Assembly (NCBI GenBank): GCA_965246885.1
Contig: OZ251992.1
Coordinates: 1,440,001 to 1,504,000, forward strand
Source: Abditibacterium sp.
GTDB taxonomy: Bacteria > Armatimonadota > Abditibacteriia > Abditibacteriales > Abditibacteriaceae
Reading direction: 5' to 3'
DNA length: 64,000 nucleotides
Below are positions 42,477-52,131 of this stretch, piece after piece. Under the pieces are notes generated by a model. The model made no database searches. It was not told the DNA's origin and saw only the letters and a program-made list of their open reading frames with translations. The position numbers and the translations under genes were made by a program. How positions within the stretch are numbered: the stretch's first letter is position 1; every line of letters starts with the position of its first letter.

Positions 42477-42516
42477 CAACTACTCCCGGCGCGTTCGACG
42501 CACCGGGAGCAGTTGT
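42477..42516. terminator. Hairpin between convergent genes
   Basis: CAACTACTCCCGGCGCG-ttcga-CGCACCGGGAGCAGTTG. Confidence 0.55.
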
Positions 42517-42579
42517 GGAGGTTATAAATGGTCGTCAAGCGCTGATTTGAGCACAGACGGACGCGGTTACAAGCGCAGT

Positions 42580-44988
42580 TTACGGCAGCAGTTCGGCATC
42601 CACGACAACGCGGAAGCTGCCCTCGGCTTGGATGCCAAAGAGGAACTCGACGTTGACACTCGCGCCGGGGGCGAGGGTGCCGCCGGGAAGCGGCGCCGTC
42701 CAACCGGCGTTGAGGCCGCCGCCGTTGCCACTGGAAGCGCTGGTGAGCGGCGCTTCGACCGGGGTGGTGGGCGCGTCGATAGTCATGCCGACGGCCCCTT
42801 GGGTAATGGCATTGCCGTTGCTGGCGTCGTAGTAGCGCACGCCGCCCGACGAGATGGCGCGCAGGTCGGCCACGCCTGAAGCCGTGCTACTTCCGGCGGT
42901 GATGGCGACAATGCGGAAGCGTAGCTTCGAGACGGCAGCGCCAGAGTTGTTTTTGATGGTGCGCCGAATGGACAAGCGGCCCTTGGAGTCCACGCCGCTC
43001 CCCTTGCTCGCGTAGCGTGCGATAGTGGGAACAGCGGCGATGTTGATTTGGTTGTTGCTGATTACGTCGTTGCGCTGAACCGTGCTGGCTGTGCTATGGG
43101 GGTTCGGGCTACCCAAGCGCGCGGCGGTGAGCGGCCCGACGCCCGTTGCGCCAACGGTGCCGTTGGTCACGGCGGTGTCCACGAGGTTGAAGTCGGTGGT
43201 AAAGGTGCCGGTGTTGGACGGGCTACCACTTTCGAGGCGGCGGATGTAGGCGTATTGGTCGCCAAGGGAAGGCGGGGCGGGCGGGTCGCCGTCGCTCACG
43301 GTGTCAACCGTTGTGCCAGATGCGTTCTTGAGCGTAATGACCGCGCCGAAGGAGATGTCGCCGGTGTAGGTGCTGTCGCCCGTTGCGAGGGCGCTCAAGG
43401 AGTAGCCCGCAGAGTTGGCCAGCAACAAGTGCCCGGAAGCGGGGATGATGCCAGTAACGGCGATGGGAGCCGCCACACCGGTAGCTGTTACGTTCCAGCC
43501 GCTCACGTTGAGGGGGCTGGTAGTGGTGTTGACAAGCTCGATGAACTCATCGGTGGTGCCGCCCGGCCCGCCGTAGCGGAACTGGCTAATCAGCGCGCCC
43601 GAAGTGGCGACGGGGGGGATGACGGTGAAGTCTCCACTGCCCGTGCCCGTGCCACCTGCCGTTGTAACGCTGATTTTGCCCGTCGTGGCGCCGGTGGGGA
43701 CGGTGGCAGTGATTTGAGTGTCGGAGTTGACAGTGAACGTGGCAGTCGTGCCGTTGAACTTGACGCTGGTGGCGCCGGTGAAGCGCACGCCAGTGATGAC
43801 GACCGTTGCGCCGACCATACCGTTAGTGGGCGAAAAGCTCGTGACGGCTGGCGGGAAGGTCGTGGCATTAAGCAGGACGCCAATGTTGTTCGTCCCATAG
43901 TTAGCGCTGGCGAGATCGAGCTTGCCGTCGCCGTTAAAGTCGGCAGCCGCGAGAGAAGCGGGACTGGTGGCGCCCGCGCCAACGGTAGGGGTGGCGCTCA
44001 CGGAGAAGGTGCCATTGCCCGCGCCCTTGAGAACGCTGACGGTGTTGTCGCCAAAGTTGGCGACGGCTAAATCGGCTTTGCCGTCGCCGTTCAAATCGGC
44101 GGTGGTGACGAAATAGGGTAGCGCGCCAACGGCAACGCTCGTGGCGGCGGCAAAGGTGCCATCGCCTTTGCCGGTAAGAACGCTCGCGGTGTTATCGCCA
44201 TAGTTGGCGGTAGCGATGTCGGCTTTGCCGTCTCCGTTGAAATCGCCTACGACCAAGCCGTTGGGATTGGCACCGACGGCAGGGGCGACAGGGTTAACGG
44301 TAAAACCGCCACTCCCATTGCCGATGAGGATGCTGACGGTGTTATCGCCGTAGTTGGCGGTGGCGAGGTCTACTTTGCCGTCGCCGTTGAAGTCGCCCGC
44401 GACGATGGCGTTGGGGCTGTTGCCAACGGTCAGAGTAGTGGGAGCGGCGAAAGTGCCGTTGCCTTGGCCCTTGAAAAGGCTGACCTTGCTGACTTTGTAG
44501 TCGGCGACCGCGATGTCTAACTTGCCGTCGCCGTCGAAATCGCCCACAGCCACACCATCTGGGCCGGTTCCCGATCCGACGGCTAAAATGGGGGCGGCGG
44601 TGAAAGTGCCGTCGCCGTTGCCCTTGAGGATAGAAACGCTGTTGGCGCTGGAGCCGTAGTTGGCAACCGCAATGTCCAACTTGCCATCGCCATTGAAGTC
44701 GCCAATCGCCAAGGCGATGGGAATCCGGCCCACAGCGGGACTGGCGGCGGCGGTGAAAGTGCCGTCGCCGTTGCCCTTGAGGATAGACAGGCTGTTGCTG
44801 CCGTAGTTGGCGACGGCTAAATCAGCCTTGCCGTCGCCGTTGAAGTCGCCGCTTACGACGGCGGCGGGGTTGGTGCCTACAGTGGAACTGGGCGAAGCGA
44901 GGTTAAAGGTTTGCGCGTGCGCGGCAGGCAAGGCGCCGGACAAGAGCAGGACGAGCAGCAGGCCCGGCCCGGTGGAAGATCGTTGCAT
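42580..44988 (-). CDS. Secreted protein with FG-GAP/VCBS propeller, IPT/TIG, lamin-tail-like and shared C-terminal domains
   Basis: Signal peptide PAAHA-Q; seven GDFNGDGKxD-type repeats; PAVTSFSPT IPT domain; LISQF..DEFIEL.N lamin-tail-like motif. Confidence 0.9.
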   Translation of the reverse strand: MQRSSTGPGLLLVLLLSGALPAAHAQTFNLASPSSTVGTNPAAVVSGDFNGDGKADLAVANYGSNSLSILKGNGDGTFTAAASPAVGRIPIALAIGDFNGDGKLDIAVANYGSSANSVSILKGNGDGTFTAAPILAVGSGTGPDGVAVGDFDGDGKLDIAVADYKVSKVSLFKGQGNGTFAAPTTLTVGNSPNAIVAGDFNGDGKVDLATANYGDNTVSILIGNGSGGFTVNPVAPAVGANPNGLVVGDFNGDGKADIATANYGDNTASVLTGKGDGTFAAATSVAVGALPYFVTTADLNGDGKADLAVANFGDNTVSVLKGAGNGTFSVSATPTVGAGATSPASLAAADFNGDGKLDLASANYGTNNIGVLLNATTFPPAVTSFSPTNGMVGATVVITGVRFTGATSVKFNGTTATFTVNSDTQITATVPTGATTGKISVTTAGGTGTGSGDFTVIPPVATSGALISQFRYGGPGGTTDEFIELVNTTTSPLNVSGWNVTATGVAAPIAVTGIIPASGHLLLANSAGYSLSALATGDSTYTGDISFGAVITLKNASGTTVDTVSDGDPPAPPSLGDQYAYIRRLESGSPSNTGTFTTDFNLVDTAVTNGTVGATGVGPLTAARLGSPNPHSTASTVQRNDVISNNQINIAAVPTIARYASKGSGVDSKGRLSIRRTIKNNSGAAVSKLRFRIVAITAGSSTASGVADLRAISSGGVRYYDASNGNAITQGAVGMTIDAPTTPVEAPLTSASSGNGGGLNAGWTAPLPGGTLAPGASVNVEFLFGIQAEGSFRVVVDAELLP

Positions 44989-45062
44989 GGATGGAATGGT
45001 CGAAACAGTCTGGCGATTCTCGTTTGCCGTGCCACCAAAGCTCAACGAGACACCAGAGTCTA

Positions 45063-45078
45063 TACAGCTTCCTTGCCA
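45063..45078 (-). promoter_or_regulatory. Degenerate sigma54-like promoter
   Basis: TGGCAAGGAAGCTGTA (GG-N10-GT), homologous to the site at 48174. Confidence 0.35.
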
Positions 45079-45123
45079 TCCGTGCGCCTCCGGGAACCGG
45101 GCGTCGGCGCCACTTGCCGGGGC

Positions 45124-45309
45124 TTAGCCATTCAAGCCGGTGGGATCCGTCGGGATGCCGCCGGTGCCACCGCTTCCGGCGACCGACCCGCCGGGGCCAA
45201 GCGTGAGGCGCTGGATGGAGCCGTGAACCGTCAGGTGCGGCGCGCGATACGGCGCGCGCGGAATGGGCGAGGATGCGACTTCTGGGCGATTGGAGTGTGA
45301 ATTGTTCAT
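45124..45309 (-). CDS. Small peptide with lasso-RiPP-type leader motif
   Basis: YRAPHLTVHGSIQRLT-L-G matches YxxPxLxxxGxxxxxTx; Gly-rich core; starts 24 nt after the upstream stop. Confidence 0.7.
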   Translation of the reverse strand: MNNSHSNRPEVASSPIPRAPYRAPHLTVHGSIQRLTLGPGGSVAGSGGTGGIPTDPTGLNG

Positions 45310-45333
45310 GGTAAAAGGAGCGACACCGGCAGT

Positions 45334-48102
45334 TTACGGCAAGAGTTCGGCATCGAGAACGACGCGGAAGCGGCCCTCGGCTTGGATGCCAAAGAGGAAC
45401 TCGACGTTGACGCTTTCGCCGGGGGCGAGGAAGCCGTTGGAGTTGATGGAAGGCAGATATGCCTCCCAACCGGCGTTGAGGCCGCCACCGGTGCCGGTCG
45501 CGCCGCTCGCAAGCGGAACGTTGGCGGGGTTAGTCGGGGCCTCTATAAGCATGCCATAGGCGGCTTGGGTGATGGCGTTGCCGTTGCTCGCGTCGTAGTA
45601 GCGCACGCCGCCCGACGAGATGGCGCGCAAGTCGGCCACGCCCGCCGTTGTGCTGGTGCCGCCGGTGATGGCCACGATGCGGAAGCGCAGTTTAGTGACA
45701 TTGCCACCGGTGTTGTTGGTGATGGTGCGGCGGATGGTGAGGCGCCCCTTGGAGTCCACGCCGCTACCCTTGCTGACGTAGCGGGCGATGGGATACACGC
45801 CGGGGATGTTCATCGCTTTGTTGCTGATGCCAGCGTTGCGCTGAATGGTGCTGGCGAGGCCATGCGGGTTGGGGCTGCCCAAGCGGATGCCGTTGTAAGG
45901 GCCAACGCCTGAGGCGCCAACGGTGCTGTTGGTGACGATCGTGGCTACGATGTTCCAATCGGTGTTGAATGTGCCGGTGTTGCTGGGCACGCCCGTTTCG
46001 ATGCGGCGGATATAAGCGTGTGAACCAGTGTCGGGTGGGATGGGCGGGTCACTGACGGTGTCTACAACCGTGTCCTGCGCGTTCTTGAGCGTGATAGTAG
46101 CGCCCGGCGAGATGTCCCCGGTGTAGCTGATGTCGCCCGACGCGCCGATGCCCAAGGAGTAGCCGCCACTGTTGGTGAGCAGCAAGTGCCCGTTCGCGGG
46201 GATGGTGCCGCTCACGGGAACCGTCACACTTCCAGCGATAACGCTCCAGCCGTTGACAAGCAGCGGCGCGTTGGTGGTGTTGACAAGCTCGATGAACTCG
46301 TCGGCGGTGCCACCCGGCCCGCCGTAACAAAATTGGGAGAGGAGCGCGCCTGAGGTGGCCGCGACGGGCATTACTGTCAGCTTAGCCGCGTTGCTGGCGA
46401 CGCTGGCTCCGTTGCGGGCAAAGACCGCGCGATACAAGCTGTTGTTGTTGCTGATGGCGGAGGTAAAGGAGTAGGTTGGCCGTGTCGCGCCGGGGATGTC
46501 GGTGAAAGTGGCGCCGCCATCGGTGCTGACTTGCCATTGCACGGTGGGGACGGGGTTGCCGCTTTGGTTGGTGCCCGTGGCAAAAAGCGCAATTTTGGTG
46601 GAAGCGTCATACAGCACGAGGTTGCCGTCGTCTTGCAGTTTCAGAAAGTTACCGGCGCCACTGCCATTGGTGCCGGTGGCGTATCTGGCAACGCCGCCCG
46701 CGTCGTAGACCACGAAGTTGCCGTCTCTTTGCACGATGGCTTTGCCCGGTGTCGTGCCGCTGGTTTTGGACGCGAACAACTCTTTGCCGTAGGCGTCGTT
46801 TAGCACCAAGTTGCCGTCGTTTTGATACTTCAACTGGTAGCCGAGATTGGACGAAACCAGCGACTGACCGGGGTTGAGTTGCGCGCCATCGGCGAGGATG
46901 TTCGGGCCGGTGGCGCTCACAAGGCCGCTCACCATCGCCGAGAAGCTCACCGTGCTGCCAGCAAACACCGTCTGATCTTGGGGTTGTTGCGTGATCGCCA
47001 CCCCAGTGTCCACCTTACGGATGCGGTCGTTGCCCTTATCGGCGATGAGGAGATTGCCCAAGCCGTTTATGGCTACGTCGGAGGGGCTGAGACTGGCCGA
47101 AGTCGCTGGGCCACCGTCGCCGAGACGAATATCATTTCTGTTGTCACCCGCGACGATGCTGATGACGCCCGACGTGTCCACCTTGCGAATGCGGCCATAT
47201 TCGGGGAAGAAGAGGTTGCCCGCACTGTCTACAGTCAAGTCGTTGGTAGCGGAGAGTGGGGCCGAAGTCGCCTGTCCAACGTCGTTGCTATAGCCGAGCG
47301 TACCGTTGCCCGCATAGGTGCTGATAACGCCCGTCGTGTCCACCTTGCGGATACGATAGTTATAGAAAACATCGGCGATGAAGAGGTTCCCCGCGCTGTC
47401 TACGGCCACTCCAGTGGGAATCCTAATTTGGGCCGAGGTCGCCGGTCCGCCGTCGCCGCCATAGCTCCCAGTTCCGTCGCCCGCGACGGTGCTGATGTTA
47501 CCCCCCGTGTCCACTTTGCGGATGCGATTGTTGGCCGCATCGCTGATGAAGAGGTTGCCCGCGCTGTCTACGGTCACGTCGTTGGGGCCGTTGAGTTGAG
47601 CCAAAGTCGCCCGTCCGCCGTCGCCGCTAAAGCCGCTCGTGCCCTTGCCTGCGACGGTGGTAATGACGCCCGTCGTGTCCACTTTGCGGATGACGTGGTT
47701 GTATTGGTCGGCGATGTAAAGGTTGCCCGCTTGGTCTGTGGCTATGCCAAGGGGATTGCTGACTTTGGCCTCCCTCGCCGGGCCGCCGTCGCCGCTATAG
47801 CCCCCCGTGCCGGTGCCCACGTAGGTGCTGATGATGCCTGCCGCGTCCACTTTGCGGATGACGTTGTTGAGCGAGTCAGAGAAGAAGTAGTTGCCCGCTC
47901 TGTCGACGGCCAAGTTTCGGGGAGCCTTGATCTGGGCCGAAGTTGCCTGTCCGCCGTCGCCGGTATAACCCCCTGTGCCGGTGCCAGCGACGGTGCTGAT
48001 AATTTGTGCGTGCGCGGCGGGCAGGGCGCCGCCCAGAAGCGCGGCGGACAGCAAAAGGCGGGGTAGAGCGCCGAGCCGGATGGAAAACGAGAGTCGTTGC
48101 AT
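45334..48102 (-). CDS. Secreted protein with NHL propeller, Ig/bulb-type lectin, lamin-tail-like and shared C-terminal domains
   Basis: Signal peptide PAAHA-Q; six GDGG.AT..AVD.AGNL.IAD..RIRKVD-type repeats; three QxDGNxVxY-type lectin motifs; C-terminus paralogous to the 42580 gene. Confidence 0.92.
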   Translation of the reverse strand: MQRLSFSIRLGALPRLLLSAALLGGALPAAHAQIISTVAGTGTGGYTGDGGQATSAQIKAPRNLAVDRAGNYFFSDSLNNVIRKVDAAGIISTYVGTGTGGYSGDGGPAREAKVSNPLGIATDQAGNLYIADQYNHVIRKVDTTGVITTVAGKGTSGFSGDGGRATLAQLNGPNDVTVDSAGNLFISDAANNRIRKVDTGGNISTVAGDGTGSYGGDGGPATSAQIRIPTGVAVDSAGNLFIADVFYNYRIRKVDTTGVISTYAGNGTLGYSNDVGQATSAPLSATNDLTVDSAGNLFFPEYGRIRKVDTSGVISIVAGDNRNDIRLGDGGPATSASLSPSDVAINGLGNLLIADKGNDRIRKVDTGVAITQQPQDQTVFAGSTVSFSAMVSGLVSATGPNILADGAQLNPGQSLVSSNLGYQLKYQNDGNLVLNDAYGKELFASKTSGTTPGKAIVQRDGNFVVYDAGGVARYATGTNGSGAGNFLKLQDDGNLVLYDASTKIALFATGTNQSGNPVPTVQWQVSTDGGATFTDIPGATRPTYSFTSAISNNNSLYRAVFARNGASVASNAAKLTVMPVAATSGALLSQFCYGGPGGTADEFIELVNTTNAPLLVNGWSVIAGSVTVPVSGTIPANGHLLLTNSGGYSLGIGASGDISYTGDISPGATITLKNAQDTVVDTVSDPPIPPDTGSHAYIRRIETGVPSNTGTFNTDWNIVATIVTNSTVGASGVGPYNGIRLGSPNPHGLASTIQRNAGISNKAMNIPGVYPIARYVSKGSGVDSKGRLTIRRTITNNTGGNVTKLRFRIVAITGGTSTTAGVADLRAISSGGVRYYDASNGNAITQAAYGMLIEAPTNPANVPLASGATGTGGGLNAGWEAYLPSINSNGFLAPGESVNVEFLFGIQAEGRFRVVLDAELLP

Positions 48103-48173
48103 AAAGATGGTCGGGGCCATACGACGAGCACTGCTTACATCGTCACCACAGCCCACAGAGACGCCGGAACTCA

Positions 48174-48189
48174 GGCAACCTACTTGCCA
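48174..48189 (-). promoter_or_regulatory. Sigma54-like -24/-12 promoter
   Basis: TGGCAAGTAGGTTGCC (GG-N10-GC) about 70 nt upstream of the ATG. Confidence 0.55.
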
Positions 48190-48231
48190 CTGGCGCTCCT
48201 TATTTGTGGAGTGGTATCCGTTCGTGGCAGG

Positions 48232-49248
48232 TCAGGCGGGCGCGGCGTTGGCGGCGGTTTGGAAGACGTCTTTGATGACGGTCTCCAATTCGACATCGGC
48301 GATTTCGAGGTCTTGCACGTCGAACGCGGCGAGCAAACGCGAGACGGATTCGGGCACGTCATCGCGCGGGACGGACAGGCTCAGGCGGGCGCCCTCGACT
48401 TCGACGGCTTCGCCGAGGGTGGCGGCGAGTTCGCGCTGGGCGGCGTCGGGCGTTTTGCTCAGGGTGAGATGGACGCGGCGCAGGGCGGCGAAGCGGGCGG
48501 ACAGGTCGGCGAGTGGGCCATCGAAGGCGCTGCGTCCGTCGGCGATGACGATGACGCGGCGGCAGAGCGCGGAAATGTCGGCCATGTAGTGGCTGGTCAG
48601 GATGACGGTGAGGCCGGTGCGCTCGTTGTAGTCGCGCAGAAACTCGCGGATGCGCGCTTGCGAGATGAGGTCGAGGCCAATGGTCGGCTCGTCGAGGAAC
48701 AGCACTTCGGGCGAGTGGAGCAGCGAAGCGGCGAGTTCGCACTTCATCCGCTCGCCGAGCGAGAGCTTGCGCACGGGGGTGTGGAGGAGTTTGGAAATGT
48801 CGAGTAGTTCGCCCAACTCCGCGATCTTGGCCTTGAAGTCGGCGAGCGGCACGTCGTAGATTTCGCGGTTGAGGTCGAAGGAGTCGTAGGCGGGCAAGTC
48901 CCACCACAGTTGGTTCTTCTGGCCTAAGACGAGGGAGAAGCGGCGTTGGAAGGCGGCCTCGCGCTTCCAAGGCACGTATCCGAGGACGCGCGCTTCGCCC
49001 GACGAGGGGTGCAGGACGCCCGACAGCATCTTGAGCGTGGTGGTCTTGCCCGCGCCGTTTGGCCCCAGAAAGCCGACGAACTCGCCCTTTTGAATGGAAA
49101 AGTTCAGGTCGGCGACGGCGACCTTGGTTTGATACTCGCGCTTGAAGAGGCCGCGCACGGCGCCCGCGAAGCCGGGTTGCTTGAGGTGGGTTTGGAACTC
49201 GCGCCGCAAATCGCGCACTTCGATGGCGTCGTTGGAGGAGGAGGGCAT
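48232..49248 (-). CDS. ABC transporter ATP-binding protein
   Basis: GPNGAGKTT, LSLGERMK, FLDEPT and TSHY motifs. Confidence 0.93.
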   Translation of the reverse strand: MPSSSNDAIEVRDLRREFQTHLKQPGFAGAVRGLFKREYQTKVAVADLNFSIQKGEFVGFLGPNGAGKTTTLKMLSGVLHPSSGEARVLGYVPWKREAAFQRRFSLVLGQKNQLWWDLPAYDSFDLNREIYDVPLADFKAKIAELGELLDISKLLHTPVRKLSLGERMKCELAASLLHSPEVLFLDEPTIGLDLISQARIREFLRDYNERTGLTVILTSHYMADISALCRRVIVIADGRSAFDGPLADLSARFAALRRVHLTLSKTPDAAQRELAATLGEAVEVEGARLSLSVPRDDVPESVSRLLAAFDVQDLEIADVELETVIKDVFQTAANAAPA

Positions 49249-49297
49249 GCAGGAGAGTTTGAATCCTCCCTGCGAGGACGGGCCAAACTGCACCCCG

Positions 49298-50905
49298 ATG
49301 AAGCGCATTATTCTATCGGCAGTGGGCGTGTTGGCGGTTTGCATCTGGGGGTTGCGCGGGCGCGGCGCGTTGGGGTGGTGGCGGGGCGATTACGTCGAAT
49401 GGCGGGTTATGCCCAACGGCACGACGTGGCCCATCGGTGCGTGGGGTTTGCCGCTCGTGGTGCTGTTTTTGTTCGGCGGCGCGGCGCTGCTCTCGGTTTA
49501 CGACCGCTTTCGGCGCGCCAAGACGCGCAAGGAGGAGAAGAACTCGGTCGCAACGGCGCTTATTTGTCTGGGCGTATTGGGGTTTTTATGGCCTTGGACG
49601 CTCTTGGGGCCGGGGAATTTGTCGCGCGTCAACGAGCGGTCGGACTTAGCGCGGGTCACGCTGGAAGGGCGCTTGAACTTGCTGGCGTCGCAGTGGAGCG
49701 ACGTGGCGACGGAGTATTTTGGCGCGGCGTATGGAATCACCGACGGGCGCGCGTTCGCTCACACCTACGCGGACGCGCGCCAACATCCGGCTTCGCCCTC
49801 GCTCGCGCACATCGCCACCCATCCTCCCGGCGCGACGCTCCTGTTTTACGGCGCGCGGCGCGTTGTCGAGGGCGTGCCGGGTTTGAACGGTGCGCTCAAT
49901 TCCCTTGCCGCGACTCTGACAGCGCAGGACGAAGCGACGCTTTACAAGCAGCTGTCGCTTGTGCGCGAAACCTCTTCCCTCGGCGCGGGCGTTCCGGCCC
50001 CGCCGCCTTTGTCGCGCGGCGCCATTGGCGGCGCCTTGTTTTGCGTGTTGCTCATGGGCTTGTCGCTTGTCCTCGCGCTTCCGGCGGTGTATGGCTTGGC
50101 GACGACGGGCATTGCCGACGACAACGAGCGCGAAGCGCGCGGCTTGTTCGCGTGCGCGCTCTGGGTGCTCGCGCCGACGCTTAATTTGTACGCGTTTTCG
50201 CTCGACGCGGTTGTGGCGGGCGGGGCCGCATGGACGCTGTTCTTCGCCGCACGCGCGCTTGCGACGGGCAGGCGCCGCTTCGCTGTTGGCGCAGGCGGGG
50301 CGTTGGCGCTCACGACCATGCTCTCGTTCGGCGCGCTCGCGTTGGGCATAGTAATTGTGTTGGCGGCGGTGTTCGGACATACCCCGCGCGCGCCGGCGGT
50401 GCGTGTTGCGTTTTGGGTCGCTCTGGCGTTTGGGGGAACGTGGTTGGCGGCGGCGCTGTGGGGCGGTTTCAACCCGCTTGTGGTGATGTCGCAAGCGACG
50501 GCGGCGCACCATTTCGCCACTTTGCGCGTGCGTTCGTATGCGCCTTGGGTGGGGATGAACTTGGTGATGTGGGCGGTTTTCTGCGGCTGGCCACTGGGCG
50601 TTGCCGTTGTCCAAGCCGCGCTGGGCGGAAAAGAACTTATAATGAGAAGTGGGTCAAGAAACGAAGCGAAGTCTTTTCCAATGGGAACGGCCTTCGCTTT
50701 GGCGACGGTATCGGCGCTTGTGCTGCTTTCCCTTTCGGGGCAGGTGCGCGGCGAAGTGGAGCGATTGTGGCTGTTCTTTTTGGCGCCTTTGGCAGCGTGC
50801 GCGCTTGTCAGAAGCCGAAAAGAAGCCGGGGTGTTGGCGGCATTGCAAGCGGTTCAAACCCTTGTAATGGCGGCGACCATTGCGCCACTCGTGCGCCCGT
50901 TCTGA
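49298..50905 (+). CDS. Polytopic membrane protein, possibly a GT-C-type glycosyltransferase
   Basis: Many transmembrane segments; THPPG and GEVERLWLF motifs. Confidence 0.7.
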   Translation: MKRIILSAVGVLAVCIWGLRGRGALGWWRGDYVEWRVMPNGTTWPIGAWGLPLVVLFLFGGAALLSVYDRFRRAKTRKEEKNSVATALICLGVLGFLWPWTLLGPGNLSRVNERSDLARVTLEGRLNLLASQWSDVATEYFGAAYGITDGRAFAHTYADARQHPASPSLAHIATHPPGATLLFYGARRVVEGVPGLNGALNSLAATLTAQDEATLYKQLSLVRETSSLGAGVPAPPPLSRGAIGGALFCVLLMGLSLVLALPAVYGLATTGIADDNEREARGLFACALWVLAPTLNLYAFSLDAVVAGGAAWTLFFAARALATGRRRFAVGAGGALALTTMLSFGALALGIVIVLAAVFGHTPRAPAVRVAFWVALAFGGTWLAAALWGGFNPLVVMSQATAAHHFATLRVRSYAPWVGMNLVMWAVFCGWPLGVAVVQAALGGKELIMRSGSRNEAKSFPMGTAFALATVSALVLLSLSGQVRGEVERLWLFFLAPLAACALVRSRKEAGVLAALQAVQTLVMAATIAPLVRPF

Positions 50906-50973
50906 ACGGGGGCAGGCGACAGTGCGGAAACCGGGCCACGTTTGACCTTCATTTCGACGACAAGAACACGAAT

Positions 50974-51978
50974 ATGGCTTTGGCGACTTCGGCAGCTTTT
51001 CCCGCGCTTTCGGTTTCCCCGCATGGGGTTTCGACTTTAGCGCCCGCGCACGGCACCTTTTCCGATCCGGCTTCTTTGCTCATTCCGTCGTTGGAGGGCG
51101 GGCCGCGTGTGCGCTTCGACCCGCGTGTCTACGAGGAAGCGCACACCGGCCTCGTGCGCCGCGACATGAGCCACTTCGGGCGCTTTCGCGTGTGGGGCAA
51201 AGACGCCGCCGCGCTTTTGCACCACCTCACGACCCAAGACATCAAGGGCATGCGCCCCGGCGAAATCCGCGAGGCGGTGCTGGTCAACAACAAAGCCCGC
51301 ATGCTCGACTGGGTGACCATCATGCGCCGCCACGAGTCGGACTTTTGGGTTATCACCAGCCCCAACCGCAAGCAGACCTTCTCCCAGCACGCCATCCGCT
51401 ACGTCCTGTTCCGCCAAGACGTAAAAATTGACGACGTGGCCGCCGACGACGCGCTTTTTGGCGTCTTCGGCCCGAACGCCGCCGAAGTTCCCGGCCCCAA
51501 ATGGCCCACCCACCGCTTGCCGTGCGAAGGTTTTCTCACCTTCGGCGCCCCCGACGAAGCGATGCCGTGCGATACGGACACCTTCAACATCCTGCGCGTC
51601 GAGTGCGGCCTGCCCGTCGCCGGGAGCGAGTTGACCGAAGACTTTAACCCTTGGGAAGCGAACTTCGACTTCGCCATCGCGCCGGGAAAGGGCTGCTACA
51701 ATGGGCAGGAAGTCATCACCCGCCTCGCCACCTATCAAAAAGTGAAGCAGAAACTGGTCGGCGTGCGCATGGAAAAGCCCAATTCGGGCCGCGCCGTGTT
51801 GCGTTGCGGCGCCAAAGACGCGGGGTTACTCACTTCCAGCACCCTATCGCCCCGCTATGGCGCCATCGGCCTCGCTTATGTTCGCTCCGAGTGGAACGCG
51901 CCGGGCACGGAACTCACCCTCGCAGGCGATCACCCCCAAACAGTCACCGTCTGCGAATTGCCCTTCAACCGCGACTGA
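50974..51978 (+). CDS. ygfZ: Folate-binding YgfZ/GcvT family protein
   Basis: KGCYNGQEV signature; G.DA..LL..LTTQD. Confidence 0.88.
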   Translation: MALATSAAFPALSVSPHGVSTLAPAHGTFSDPASLLIPSLEGGPRVRFDPRVYEEAHTGLVRRDMSHFGRFRVWGKDAAALLHHLTTQDIKGMRPGEIREAVLVNNKARMLDWVTIMRRHESDFWVITSPNRKQTFSQHAIRYVLFRQDVKIDDVAADDALFGVFGPNAAEVPGPKWPTHRLPCEGFLTFGAPDEAMPCDTDTFNILRVECGLPVAGSELTEDFNPWEANFDFAIAPGKGCYNGQEVITRLATYQKVKQKLVGVRMEKPNSGRAVLRCGAKDAGLLTSSTLSPRYGAIGLAYVRSEWNAPGTELTLAGDHPQTVTVCELPFNRD

Positions 51979-52102
51979 CACCCCGCATATCCCTCCCCAA
52001 ACCGGCGCTACCCCAGCGCCGGTTTTCTTTCGCTTTGCCAGGTAAAACTATCTTGATGGTAGGGTAAAAGAAGAAAACAGCAAGAGAATCAGCGATTTGA
52101 CC

Positions 52103-52131
52103 TTGACAGCGTGCGAAAACCCTCCTATATT
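52103..52131 (+). promoter_or_regulatory. Sigma70-type promoter
   Basis: TTGACA-17 nt-TATATT. Confidence 0.65.

Noticed and set aside
50230..50973. Long N-terminal extension of YgfZ
   Set aside because: Overlaps the upstream membrane protein gene in another frame; the ATG at 50974 is more plausible
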